The notes under the pieces were generated by a model, which had not been told where the DNA came from, did not search any database, and worked only from the letters and a program-made list of their open reading frames with translations. This document shows positions 44,697-54,452 of a DNA stretch of 64,000 bases, piece by piece (the first letter of the stretch is position 1; every line of letters starts with the position of its first letter). Made by a program: the position numbers and the translations under genes. This DNA comes from a virus (lineage: Duplodnaviria > Caudoviricetes): IMG/VR virus record IMGVR_UViG_3300037722_001090; one strand, written 5' to 3'.

Positions 44697-47186
44697 ATGA
44701 GATTTGACTTAGAGTTTAATATAGTTTCACAGCTTAGCGCAGCAGGACTTTCTGAGCTTGCTGAAATATTTTATGGTGAAGATGGAAATAAACTTACTCC
44801 AACTCAATGGGATACAGTAACGCTTATAGATAAGGCAAATAGATCTAGTAATGCTATAGATACGTCTAGATATACTGGATTAGTTAATGTACCTAGCTGG
44901 CTATATTCTTCAGGAGTATTACTGGATAATGATCTTACATTAAGCAGGTTAGTTGCACGCAATAATATGATCGTGCCATTATTTACTACCGGATCCGTAT
45001 TTTTTAATAAATATGAATTTAAATGGTCAAATAATACTATTAGAAAACAATTTACTTTTGATAGAAACTTAAATTTATATGCTTGTAAAGTTGATGCAGA
45101 TATAAATAAAGAAAGTATTCAAGCATTTACTTTGAGATTTAAATATCCTGGATATGTAGCATATGAAAAAATATGGAAGCATGTTGAATTTATTAATGAT
45201 ACTAACAAGACGCTAAAAGAAAATTTAGATATAACGTTTACTAACAGTAAAGAAGACTATAAGCTTACTATGGCTATGTATGGGGAAGATACATATGTTT
45301 TTCTTAGTGGTAAGATGATTTCAGTTGATAAGCTACAGATAGGTACAGCATATGCTAATAAGGGTAATATTATGGCAATTGGAGAGTATCCTATAAGCCA
45401 AGACGGTATTGTTATTGATTCATATAATTCATTACAAGGTGAATATAAATTCTTCTCTAGTACAATGGTATTTAAGAATATTACATCTTCTGATATTGAT
45501 ATAAAAATTAGCTATGAGATTACACCGATACTTACATATAATCAATTGAGTAGGACTAACACTAGTGATGATATTATTTATGCAAGTGCTAATATTATAC
45601 CAAGTGCAATTGGATTTAAAAACGGTATAATTGCAATTCACAATACAGGATCAGCCGGCGGCACTATAACTACAGACCAAGGAAATAATATAATTATTCC
45701 AACTGAACTAGAGTTAATAGTTGATAAGTCAACTACATCTGTATTAGACTCAGTAAAAGCAACAGCAAAATTGCTTGGTATAGATGGTATGCCAGTTAAA
45801 GATGCTAAGATAAGGTTTAAAATAAACTCAACAAGCGATGATGTTAAGTTTTTAGAGTCTGGATCTTCATCTTATAGTACGTTCACAGGGATAGATGGTC
45901 ACTGTACAGCAAATGCATTTATTGATAGATCAAGATTTGGTTGGTATTTACAAAAAGAATGGATAAATGGCAATAAAATTAATGTTCCTTTCGATATTAA
46001 GACATCAAGAGAAGATGAGATTTATTTATATTTTATTACATCAGATGATCCAATATTAGGTAAATTATTTAATAGAGATATAGAAACACCACTCACAGAA
46101 TATTATTCAACAGAAACATCCATTGAAGGGTACGAGGTTAGTGGAAGAAAAGTTGCATATGTAAAAATGCACAATAGAAACAATGGCGGTTCCAATGTTA
46201 TTTACAGTGCATTCGTAAAACCTAAGTCGGTTATTAGAGATCAGTCATTTGGTTTTATCTTTAAAGATCTTTATATCAAAAATAGCTCACAGGCAATAAG
46301 CAGTTTTCTATCTGACTTACCTCAATATGTTAGTATTAATTCACTTACTCCATCAGTAAGCTATACAGCGAGTAGCCTAGGATATGCAGAAGGAATACTC
46401 CCTAATAATATTTTGAGTTTTTATAGTGCAAATACAACAGACGGTACTATCATTGAATTTAATGAGTCTATCCCAGCATATGATAATATCGTAGGTTATT
46501 GGTTAATAACAGGTAGCTCTTCTGACGTTACGATTAGTGCAGTATTTGAGGACCGTAATAGTTTTATTACATTAAGGTCTAATGATGTGTCTATTTCTAC
46601 AACAAACTACATTAAGTCTGAATATGAGTTTATACTTACAGATTCAGATGTAAGCAATCAAAATACAGCCTTATCTGCATTTGGATATTATACAGTATCA
46701 GAATACTTAGAAAACCCATACAAGCAAAGTGCATGCACATATACTTGTACATACTGCAATCCAATCCTTAAGAAGTGTACATTTTCAAATAACACATACG
46801 ATGCTTTCTATAAGAATGATGGATTATCTGGAATTTGCATAAAACCTGCACAAAATAATACATTAGAATTGGATGAAAGATGTCCTATTACGACAGCTAA
46901 GTTTTTGTCAGATATAGATGGTAATTTACTTTTTGAACAAGAATTAGTTAATGGAACACTTAGAGATATCTGGAAATGGACAAACGTAAATAGTTACATG
47001 CAATATAATGGTAAGGAACCACACATAGCTTTTTGGGATGAGAGTGGAGACATAACAGATCAGTCAGCATGGGATTTATTAGTAACAAACGATATGATTA
47101 TTCCACTTTACAAAAACAACACAAACTATGATCCAACTGCATGGGGATTTATTAACCCGTTTATTATGCATGCTGAGAGAGCATAA
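44697..47186 (+). CDS. Tail structural protein with Ig-like (Big_1-type) domain and Cys-rich C-terminus
   Basis: 829 aa; LDSVKATAKLLGIDGMPVKDAKIRFKI...TGIDGHCTANAF is Ig-like; CTYTCTYC...C...C...CP near the C-terminus. Confidence 0.5.
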   Translation: MRFDLEFNIVSQLSAAGLSELAEIFYGEDGNKLTPTQWDTVTLIDKANRSSNAIDTSRYTGLVNVPSWLYSSGVLLDNDLTLSRLVARNNMIVPLFTTGSVFFNKYEFKWSNNTIRKQFTFDRNLNLYACKVDADINKESIQAFTLRFKYPGYVAYEKIWKHVEFINDTNKTLKENLDITFTNSKEDYKLTMAMYGEDTYVFLSGKMISVDKLQIGTAYANKGNIMAIGEYPISQDGIVIDSYNSLQGEYKFFSSTMVFKNITSSDIDIKISYEITPILTYNQLSRTNTSDDIIYASANIIPSAIGFKNGIIAIHNTGSAGGTITTDQGNNIIIPTELELIVDKSTTSVLDSVKATAKLLGIDGMPVKDAKIRFKINSTSDDVKFLESGSSSYSTFTGIDGHCTANAFIDRSRFGWYLQKEWINGNKINVPFDIKTSREDEIYLYFITSDDPILGKLFNRDIETPLTEYYSTETSIEGYEVSGRKVAYVKMHNRNNGGSNVIYSAFVKPKSVIRDQSFGFIFKDLYIKNSSQAISSFLSDLPQYVSINSLTPSVSYTASSLGYAEGILPNNILSFYSANTTDGTIIEFNESIPAYDNIVGYWLITGSSSDVTISAVFEDRNSFITLRSNDVSISTTNYIKSEYEFILTDSDVSNQNTALSAFGYYTVSEYLENPYKQSACTYTCTYCNPILKKCTFSNNTYDAFYKNDGLSGICIKPAQNNTLELDERCPITTAKFLSDIDGNLLFEQELVNGTLRDIWKWTNVNSYMQYNGKEPHIAFWDESGDITDQSAWDLLVTNDMIIPLYKNNTNYDPTAWGFINPFIMHAERA

Positions 47187-47195
47187 GGAGATTCA

Positions 47196-48533
47196 ATGCA
47201 AAACACTCAATTATTCCAAAAGATGCTGCCTGTTAAAATTAACTTCTATCAGGGCGAATCACCATCACCATCTAAGTTAAATGGTATCTTTAATTATATA
47301 CAGGCTTCATATTATATTGCCGAGTCATATCTAGGTAACGGTATTGACTATGAATTTACACCAGGGAATCTTACTAGCAGAAAAATGATGCATAATATTG
47401 CAGGTGCCATTGGTAAGATGGGTGATATTTATAAGCCTATTAATAAACTTGGAAGCTTAGAGCATATTCACAGATGCTATGGTGCAGTAAACCAAGGCAA
47501 TACTGCAACGGACGGACTACACAATGCTCATACTATATATGTGCCAGGTACAAACGGATATCTAGATGAGTACCTGCAGATTGATGAGGAGATTAATATT
47601 CCTATTAGCGTGCAAGTTGAATCTAATGATAGCTACTCTTTAATAATTAACTTTAAAGGGCAAGGAGCACTTACAGTTAATAATGGACTGAGCAACTCAT
47701 TAAATGTATGTGATGATGGTATTGGTGGAAGTGCTATTTATCCTACAAGTAAAATAATTACAATTGTAGGTGGATCTTATATAGATTTTATAAAAATTAC
47801 ACCAGTTTCAAACTTTAACATACTAAGCATATCACTGCTATCTAATAGTGAATCACATGCCTATCAGACACTATGTTTTAATGTTGCAGCTAGTATGCCT
47901 CTTAATCAAGAAAAATACTGGACAGTTAAGTCTCCATGCTCAAGGGCATATACTCAATCAACAAATGAGCTATGTGACAAAGCAACTTGCCAGTTTTGCA
48001 TAGGGAATACATATGATATTTATTTACAAGATGGAGCATTAGCAGATGATGCTAGATATGGAATACCTATTTGTGGTGGAGACTTTGAAACACTATTGCC
48101 ATCAGAATTAATCCCTAAAGACAATGCAGTAAGTACAGTAGCATATACAGCTTATAATCCAGCAGGTAGCGTTAAGACTTATTCTGTACAGTCATCCTTA
48201 TTAATGACTAGTAGATATTTTATGTCTAAATATAGTCCATTTGCAGCATATGATCCAAATATATATGGAGTAGGAGATCCTATTGCTAAAAACGAAACAG
48301 TTATTTATGATAGTGGCGCTTTAAAAAGCCCTATTCTTCTTGACGTAGTTATTTTCGCATCTGGCAGACCTGATATAGTTTATTTATCTGATGTTAAAAA
48401 TGAAATAATTGCACCTACAAATACTAGGTTTTTTGTGACTGGAGGGTCTTATAGTATAGCACAAATGCTAAGAGACATTCTCCTATATCTATCAAACCAA
48501 CAAAAACCAATGACAGCAGTTTATTCTGACTAA
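47196..48533 (+). CDS. Tail structural protein with internal Cys cluster
   Basis: 445 aa; N-terminus FYQGESPSPSKLNGIFNYIQ typical of phage tail proteins; PCSR...LCDKATCQFCIG...PICGG. Confidence 0.45.
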   Translation: MQNTQLFQKMLPVKINFYQGESPSPSKLNGIFNYIQASYYIAESYLGNGIDYEFTPGNLTSRKMMHNIAGAIGKMGDIYKPINKLGSLEHIHRCYGAVNQGNTATDGLHNAHTIYVPGTNGYLDEYLQIDEEINIPISVQVESNDSYSLIINFKGQGALTVNNGLSNSLNVCDDGIGGSAIYPTSKIITIVGGSYIDFIKITPVSNFNILSISLLSNSESHAYQTLCFNVAASMPLNQEKYWTVKSPCSRAYTQSTNELCDKATCQFCIGNTYDIYLQDGALADDARYGIPICGGDFETLLPSELIPKDNAVSTVAYTAYNPAGSVKTYSVQSSLLMTSRYFMSKYSPFAAYDPNIYGVGDPIAKNETVIYDSGALKSPILLDVVIFASGRPDIVYLSDVKNEIIAPTNTRFFVTGGSYSIAQMLRDILLYLSNQQKPMTAVYSD

Positions 48534-48542
48534 GGTGTTAAT

Positions 48543-50195
48543 ATGAGATTCGATTTAGAAATACCAAGCACATATGTTGATCTTACATATATTTCAGAAG
48601 GCAATAAGCTTCCATCAGCTGCAATCCCTTTATATTATATGGATATTAACTATAAGACAAAGATCCCAAAAGACTTTCTTACAATCAATGAGGACGTAGT
48701 AGAGGATCCTACTAGTGAGCTTATTTTTGAGGAAGCAGCAGGACCATCTTTTGGTATACGAGGAAACAGGTTTATCATTACAAATGTAGCAAAATATTCA
48801 TCAATATATAATACTAAAGTTCCATTATTTTATAAGTTCATACTAAATGAAAGAGTAAGTGAATTCTCTATTAAGATAATAGATTACCTAGGAAATCAAT
48901 TAGATAGGGATGAGTATATTGTAGAAGAAGCTGCAACAAGAACGGTTATTTATATTAATGACTATGATAAGTTGCTTTTTGTAGAATATATATCTAGCAA
49001 TAAGTCTGTTAAGAAAATCATAAGCCTGCAAAGAATATTTGAAGAAATAACATGGGATGATATCGTAAGAAACCCTAATGAAATACCTAGATATAAATAT
49101 CTGGTATCTGATGACGGCATGCTTCAGACATCACATAATAGCACTTTATATGTTAAATATGAGCATGACATTCATTTGCTTCAGACACCAGTAGCTAACA
49201 TAGAGGATAGTTGGTATATTGGACTTAAGAATACGTCATTTAAAGTACTTAATGAAGATAGTGGTATTACATATAACTATGAGATACCAGAGTTTTATAT
49301 TCAAAACCCACTAGCACAACACAGGCTTGAGGAGATAAAAGATAAGAAGTGCATTATTATCTATGAAGATATTATTAAGTTACAATCTGTTCCTGCAGAA
49401 AATGCGCTAGATAAAATAAGATTAGTTGTTAAGGACTACTTTACTAATGAAATTAAATACGCATTTACTACAAACCAAGAATTGAATGGTGCACAATATG
49501 AGGGTGTATATTTTTCGTTAGTAAAAGATTTTAACAATGAAGGATATGTACAATTACCAATTAAATTAAGTCCAAACGATACTGTAAGTGCATCATATCT
49601 TGTAAAAAATGATTATTATAAATTTAGATTTTTGAACTTTAACTCATCTGAAGTAGGACAAGATTGCTACTTTGCAATCTATATGAAACCAAATCCTCAA
49701 GAAGTTGAATTGGCCGTCTTTTATGCTGTAATTGGTAAGAAAGAAAATCAAGATATTGATGCTGCAACTTGGAGACAAGGAAGACGGTTTGGTACAATAG
49801 AAGAGTATAAGAATTTTATTAAAGAGAATAATGCATATCATGTTGCAACAATAGGGATATCAACAAGCACTGAGCTTAATATTTCTAACTTTACAGATAT
49901 AAGATCTATTGGTGGAGAGATTATCAATAAAGAATCAGCATGCAGAATAACTGCAGATGTATTCTATGATGACTTAATTAAAGGCAACTTAAGCATTCCA
50001 ACATCAGATTCTGTTATAGCAAATATATCAGCTAGTAAACTAATTGCAAATAAGATTGCGAATATAGATACTAATACATTGCAAACAGATAATCATACTA
50101 AACAATTTATAGAAAACGCAAGAGAAGTAATAGACAAAAACTTAGATGCTACAACAAAGTCTATTATAGAGATTAACGTTAAAGGAGCAGTATAA
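48543..50195 (+). CDS. Tail structural protein
   Basis: 550 aa, beta-rich; begins MRFDLE like the gene at 44697. Confidence 0.45.
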   Translation: MRFDLEIPSTYVDLTYISEGNKLPSAAIPLYYMDINYKTKIPKDFLTINEDVVEDPTSELIFEEAAGPSFGIRGNRFIITNVAKYSSIYNTKVPLFYKFILNERVSEFSIKIIDYLGNQLDRDEYIVEEAATRTVIYINDYDKLLFVEYISSNKSVKKIISLQRIFEEITWDDIVRNPNEIPRYKYLVSDDGMLQTSHNSTLYVKYEHDIHLLQTPVANIEDSWYIGLKNTSFKVLNEDSGITYNYEIPEFYIQNPLAQHRLEEIKDKKCIIIYEDIIKLQSVPAENALDKIRLVVKDYFTNEIKYAFTTNQELNGAQYEGVYFSLVKDFNNEGYVQLPIKLSPNDTVSASYLVKNDYYKFRFLNFNSSEVGQDCYFAIYMKPNPQEVELAVFYAVIGKKENQDIDAATWRQGRRFGTIEEYKNFIKENNAYHVATIGISTSTELNISNFTDIRSIGGEIINKESACRITADVFYDDLIKGNLSIPTSDSVIANISASKLIANKIANIDTNTLQTDNHTKQFIENAREVIDKNLDATTKSIIEINVKGAV

Positions 50196-51517
50196 TGTCA
50201 AGAGCATCGAAAGTTTACTACTTAAGTGTAAGGCCAACGGGAGATATTACTGCCGATATAAATACGCAAATTGGTGAACTACCACAAAGCGGTGATATTG
50301 CAGTTGATATATCAACAAATACTATTGGTGGAATCACTACAGATATTACCAATCATTTAAATAATGGAGAAGTATATCAGTTTGATAGTGCTTACTGGAA
50401 TATTCTAACAAACAGAGAGACAGCATGGACTGATCAGAATATCATCTCTAATGTTACCAAGGTAAGATCTGCGCATACTGGTGAGATAAGAAACTTTATT
50501 AATTTTATACAAAGAACACATGCCAGAAGATATGGTGAGACTTGGTATAACAAACATAATATGTCTGCAGCTATTTTATATTGGGGTAGTAATACTGATT
50601 TTGCTAGGATTTATATGGCAAATTATGGTGCTGACATGGACTATCTCACTATAGAATGCGGAGATGATTCAACAGATAAGATCAAATTTGTAAATAGAAT
50701 ATCATCTACTAGTAATACTATACAAAACATATTTGATATTAGTCCTGGTGGATTAACATCTTATGTGCCTGTAATTTTTAATGAAAACTTAATTATTAGT
50801 AAAGATCTATTTGTAATACTCGAGGCTGAATTCAGTAATAATGTACATATGTTGTCAGACTTAGATGTTGACGGAACATTAAATATAGATACGGCACTGG
50901 TTTCTAATGGCACATCTACGCTAAATGGAATAGTAACATTAGGAGATGTCCTTTATCCAAAAACTGGACAAACTAAGGGAATTAAATTTACTGGAGTTAC
51001 AAGAATTTGTGAAGGTGCTACAGCCCTTGAAATAGCAAGTGCTAATCAAATAAATCTTATTGCACAAGATAATGATAGCGTTAAGATTAATGATAATAAA
51101 ATAATGCATACTGGAAATGGTGGACATGGATCTGGATTTGATGCAGATAAACTAGATGGTCATGAATGGAGCGAAATTGTAACAGCACTTGAACCAGTTG
51201 GAACAAGTAATATTATTTTTGAAAAAGTAAATGGTAGTAGCATTTTGGACTTTGATTTACCTCCTGGCACATGGTTTATAAATGCAGAGTCTGGATTTTT
51301 ACAATCTGCATTTGGAGGGGGCTGGCTTAAGATTGACGGCGTAACAGTAGATACGCAGCCTAATATGGGACAAGACCTTCCAGGTGTATCTTGGTTACAA
51401 TTAAACGGAACAGCGATCCTAGAAGGAGGGCGTACAATAACTATTCAGTTATTTCCAACCCATGTCTGGGGAGCTGGTACAATGAGAGTCAGTGCATTCG
51501 CAATTAAAGTAGCATAA
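50195..51517 (+). CDS. Tail fibre-like protein
   Basis: 440 aa with the fibre motif IMHTGNGGHGSGFDADKLDGHEWSEI and a C-terminal beta-sandwich. Confidence 0.65.
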   Translation: MSRASKVYYLSVRPTGDITADINTQIGELPQSGDIAVDISTNTIGGITTDITNHLNNGEVYQFDSAYWNILTNRETAWTDQNIISNVTKVRSAHTGEIRNFINFIQRTHARRYGETWYNKHNMSAAILYWGSNTDFARIYMANYGADMDYLTIECGDDSTDKIKFVNRISSTSNTIQNIFDISPGGLTSYVPVIFNENLIISKDLFVILEAEFSNNVHMLSDLDVDGTLNIDTALVSNGTSTLNGIVTLGDVLYPKTGQTKGIKFTGVTRICEGATALEIASANQINLIAQDNDSVKINDNKIMHTGNGGHGSGFDADKLDGHEWSEIVTALEPVGTSNIIFEKVNGSSILDFDLPPGTWFINAESGFLQSAFGGGWLKIDGVTVDTQPNMGQDLPGVSWLQLNGTAILEGGRTITIQLFPTHVWGAGTMRVSAFAIKVA

Positions 51518-51529
51518 TAGGAGAATATA

Positions 51530-53359
51530 ATGTCTAGCTTAACACAAAACTTTGGATTAAACATTCCTGATCGCGGAGAGCTTCCTGGCACATGGGATAC
51601 GCTTGTTAATGCAAACTGGATTTTGCTTGATACACTAATAAAAGATGCTTACTTTAATAGATCTTCAGTAGATGAACCAGTAGATGCATCTGTAGGTTTA
51701 ACTTGGTACGATATCTCGCTATTACTATTAAAAGTACGAGCACCTTCAGGATGGGTTAATGTTGTTGCTCATACGCATGATGGTACAATAGTAGGTGTGC
51801 CTAAAATTAATTTAGCTACAGACATACTGGATGATATAGCATATAAGTTACCAGGACATCTTGTAAGCACTCTTAATCTTGATGCTGACCTAATAGATGG
51901 TAAGCACTTATCTGAGTTAGCTACAGAGCTTGCAGGAGCTGGACTATCAGCAGTAGCAGGTAAAATAATAATGCCAGATATATCGGCTCTAGTTACACTT
52001 ATTGGAGCTGGGTCATCAGTAAGTCTTACTAAAGTTACAGTCGATAAGAGTGGTAAGATTATTAATGGATCTACCCCAAACACATTATTTGGAGCTGGTA
52101 TCACAGATGCATATACTAAAACTGAATCAGGCTTAAATTTTGCGCTTAAAAAAGGCGAAATACTTAAGATGTTCCAAGTAAAAGATCCGGTTGATGGAGC
52201 TACAGATCCTGATATACTAGATACAACAAAATGTGCAATTAGTAGATTTTTTGCAGACAATAAATACGCACAACTTGGTCATACTCATTCAACAGTCGAC
52301 TATACTAATGTTTTTCATCCAAAAAATGGATCAGAAACAGAGTTATTAGTTGCAAAAATGCCAGACTCAGATTCATCACTATTCGACAATTATTTGATTT
52401 CAAGAATATATGCTGATAGTAGATATTTAAGATCTGTTCCAAGTAATACTTATTTATCTTTATCTGGCGGAACAATGACTGGTGAGCTTGAGCTTTCTAG
52501 TGCTATTGCTCCGATTAGTGATTCAGGTGCAACATCTAAAGCATACGTGATCTCGCATGTACTTAATAAGATAGCTGAGCTTACAGCACCTAAAGCAGGT
52601 GATGAGGCACAATCATTTTTAATTGCAAAGGCTCCAATATCGCCAGATCCAAACTGGGAAAAATATGCACTTAATAAACTAAGGGCAGATGAAATATATT
52701 CACAACTTGAACATACACATGCAAATTATGTAACATCGGCAGATTTATACGCAGAAGTAAGTACTCAGGTTTCAGGAATTATAGATACACTAACGGCATC
52801 TTCATGGTCAATACTAGCTGCATTAGATCTTATTTATGACATTCCTTTACCGGGAACTATTAATGATACGCTTATTACAGTTAATTCTATTGATCTTGGT
52901 GTACTAGTATCTGATATTCCAGCATCTGGATATTTAAAAGTTACAGGACATACAACATTATACTCTTATGTTTATAGTGATCCTACAGGAGCACCAGGAG
53001 CTTTAACTTTAACACCTGGACTAGAAGCATCAATAATTGGAGGAGAAGATGCAACTATTTATAATGCTGCTGGTGATACAATAATTACAAAAAATAGCTA
53101 TGACGTTAATTCTGGCAGTGAGTATTTTATAGATACAACCAATGATATAATTAATTTAACACTACCTATAACTCCTGTACTTGGAGATACGGTAGAGTTT
53201 GTGGATGTAGCAGGATTATTTGAAACAAACAACTTAACTATTCTTAGAAACGATGAAAAAATAATGGGACTAGCAGAAGACATGATTGTAAGTACAAATA
53301 ATACTTCATTAAAGCTAGTATATTCTAATACAGTATATGGATGGAGGATTGTAAGATGA
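51530..53359 (+). CDS. Tail fibre protein with internal repeats
   Basis: 609 aa; LDADLIDGKH, HTH metal-site motifs, YLSLSGGTMTG, and a C-terminal domain (YFIDTT...LTLPITPVLGDTVEFVDVAG...GWRI) of the kind seen in T4-like long fibre proteins. Confidence 0.7.
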   Translation: MSSLTQNFGLNIPDRGELPGTWDTLVNANWILLDTLIKDAYFNRSSVDEPVDASVGLTWYDISLLLLKVRAPSGWVNVVAHTHDGTIVGVPKINLATDILDDIAYKLPGHLVSTLNLDADLIDGKHLSELATELAGAGLSAVAGKIIMPDISALVTLIGAGSSVSLTKVTVDKSGKIINGSTPNTLFGAGITDAYTKTESGLNFALKKGEILKMFQVKDPVDGATDPDILDTTKCAISRFFADNKYAQLGHTHSTVDYTNVFHPKNGSETELLVAKMPDSDSSLFDNYLISRIYADSRYLRSVPSNTYLSLSGGTMTGELELSSAIAPISDSGATSKAYVISHVLNKIAELTAPKAGDEAQSFLIAKAPISPDPNWEKYALNKLRADEIYSQLEHTHANYVTSADLYAEVSTQVSGIIDTLTASSWSILAALDLIYDIPLPGTINDTLITVNSIDLGVLVSDIPASGYLKVTGHTTLYSYVYSDPTGAPGALTLTPGLEASIIGGEDATIYNAAGDTIITKNSYDVNSGSEYFIDTTNDIINLTLPITPVLGDTVEFVDVAGLFETNNLTILRNDEKIMGLAEDMIVSTNNTSLKLVYSNTVYGWRIVR

Positions 53360-53736
53360 GTAACTTAAATGATTTTATGCCTAAGGTAGATACATTATTA
53401 GATTATAGTGAAACTGGTATTAATATTGGGGTACTTAGTAGTAGTTACACGTTAGATCTTAGCATAGCCAACTACTTTGAGGGGACTACAGGGGCAGTTA
53501 ATGCTGTATTCACATTACCAGATGCACCTACATATCCGGATGCGCGTAGCTTTACTGTAGTAGTTAAGCAGGGAGCAACCCCTCGACTGGTTACTTTCTC
53601 AGGAGGTGGTGGGATCAAGTGGCTTAGTGGCACTATTGATGCAAAGGCTACAGCAGCAAAGATCACTCTCTGGACATTCTTCTATAGCTGGACTGCCGGA
53701 GCATGGGTGAGTACTGGCGCTATCCAGGAGCCTTGA
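53356..53736 (+). CDS. Small fibre-associated beta-sandwich protein
   Basis: ATG at 53356 after a GGAGG SD, in ATGA overlap with the fibre stop; YTLDLSIANYF...SFTVVVKQGATPRLVTF...IKW...ITLWTF; GC-elevated. Confidence 0.5.
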   Translation: MSNLNDFMPKVDTLLDYSETGINIGVLSSSYTLDLSIANYFEGTTGAVNAVFTLPDAPTYPDARSFTVVVKQGATPRLVTFSGGGGIKWLSGTIDAKATAAKITLWTFFYSWTAGAWVSTGAIQEP

Positions 53737-53737
53737 T

Positions 53738-54073
53738 ATGTTAGCGCATAGGGTTTTGATGGCGTCGGGTGGTGTTATTCTTCTCTCTGTGTCACTTACT
53801 TTTTCTTCTAATGATCCTTCAGCTTACGCATGGGTAAAAATAAACGGGGTTAGTGTATCAGTAGGCAGCCACTTCGTATCAGTAGGTGATCAAATTACAG
53901 CTGCGGTATACTCGTCTGATTCTTATGACTGGTTAGATATAAGCTTAGGCTCTAACCTAGGTTCATTTTCTCATCTATCTTCAGGGGGGCCTGCAACCCT
54001 TAGTTCCCCTATAATGACTGTCACTGCTGGTATGACAAATATATGGGCAACAGCCTCAGTTGAAGGAGAATAA
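53738..54073 (+). CDS. Small putative receptor-binding/adhesin-like protein
   Basis: 111 aa, Ser/Gly-rich beta protein starting MLAHRVLMASGG; last gene of the fibre cluster; GC-elevated. Confidence 0.4.
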   Translation: MLAHRVLMASGGVILLSVSLTFSSNDPSAYAWVKINGVSVSVGSHFVSVGDQITAAVYSSDSYDWLDISLGSNLGSFSHLSSGGPATLSSPIMTVTAGMTNIWATASVEGE

Positions 54074-54152
54074 ATGAAAAATCAAAGTCCACATTTTCTA
54101 CAGCTCTAAACTCCTCTGGCTCTCCCTTTATAGTGGAGTAATTATATTCATA

Positions 54153-54179
54153 CATTAGACTTATAAGTTATTTCTAATG
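54153..54179. other. Intergenic inverted repeat upstream of the lysis cassette
   Basis: CATTAGA ... TCTAATG arms enclosing the palindrome CTTATAAG, in the largest intergenic gap of the + strand region. Confidence 0.4.
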
Positions 54180-54199
54180 CTTAAACACTAAAATACTAA

Positions 54200-54217
54200 G
54201 TTAATAACACGAAGGAG
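54200..54217 (+). promoter_or_regulatory. Candidate promoter/operator GTTAATAAC plus SD upstream of the lysis cassette
   Basis: Reverse-complement version of the GTTATTAAC motif, followed by ACGAAGGAG. Confidence 0.33.
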
Positions 54218-54226
54218 AATATACAA

Positions 54227-54451
54227 ATGAATGATGCATTTAGTATTAAAAGTATATTTAGCTCAAAAACAATATGGGGCATCATAATTGCAGGGATTGG
54301 TAGACTTACAAACACTAATCTAGACATGGATGATGCGACATTACAACAGTTTGCACAGTTTGCAAGTGTAGCAGTTGAGATTGGGGGCGCAGTCTTAGCT
54401 ATCTATGGACGTATTGTAGCAAAAGACAAATTAACTTTAAAAGGAACGTAA
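54227..54451 (+). CDS. Putative holin
   Basis: 74 aa with two hydrophobic segments (SKTIWGIIIAGIG; SVAVEIGGAVLAIYGR) and a basic C-terminus; first gene of the cassette containing the CHAP lysin. Confidence 0.5.
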   Translation: MNDAFSIKSIFSSKTIWGIIIAGIGRLTNTNLDMDDATLQQFAQFASVAVEIGGAVLAIYGRIVAKDKLTLKGT

Positions 54452-54452
54452 C

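Noticed and set aside
54074-54226. tRNA or riboswitch in the largest intergenic gap
   Set aside because: Only short inverted repeats are present, with no cloverleaf, T-loop (GTTCRA) or recognisable aptamer consensus.
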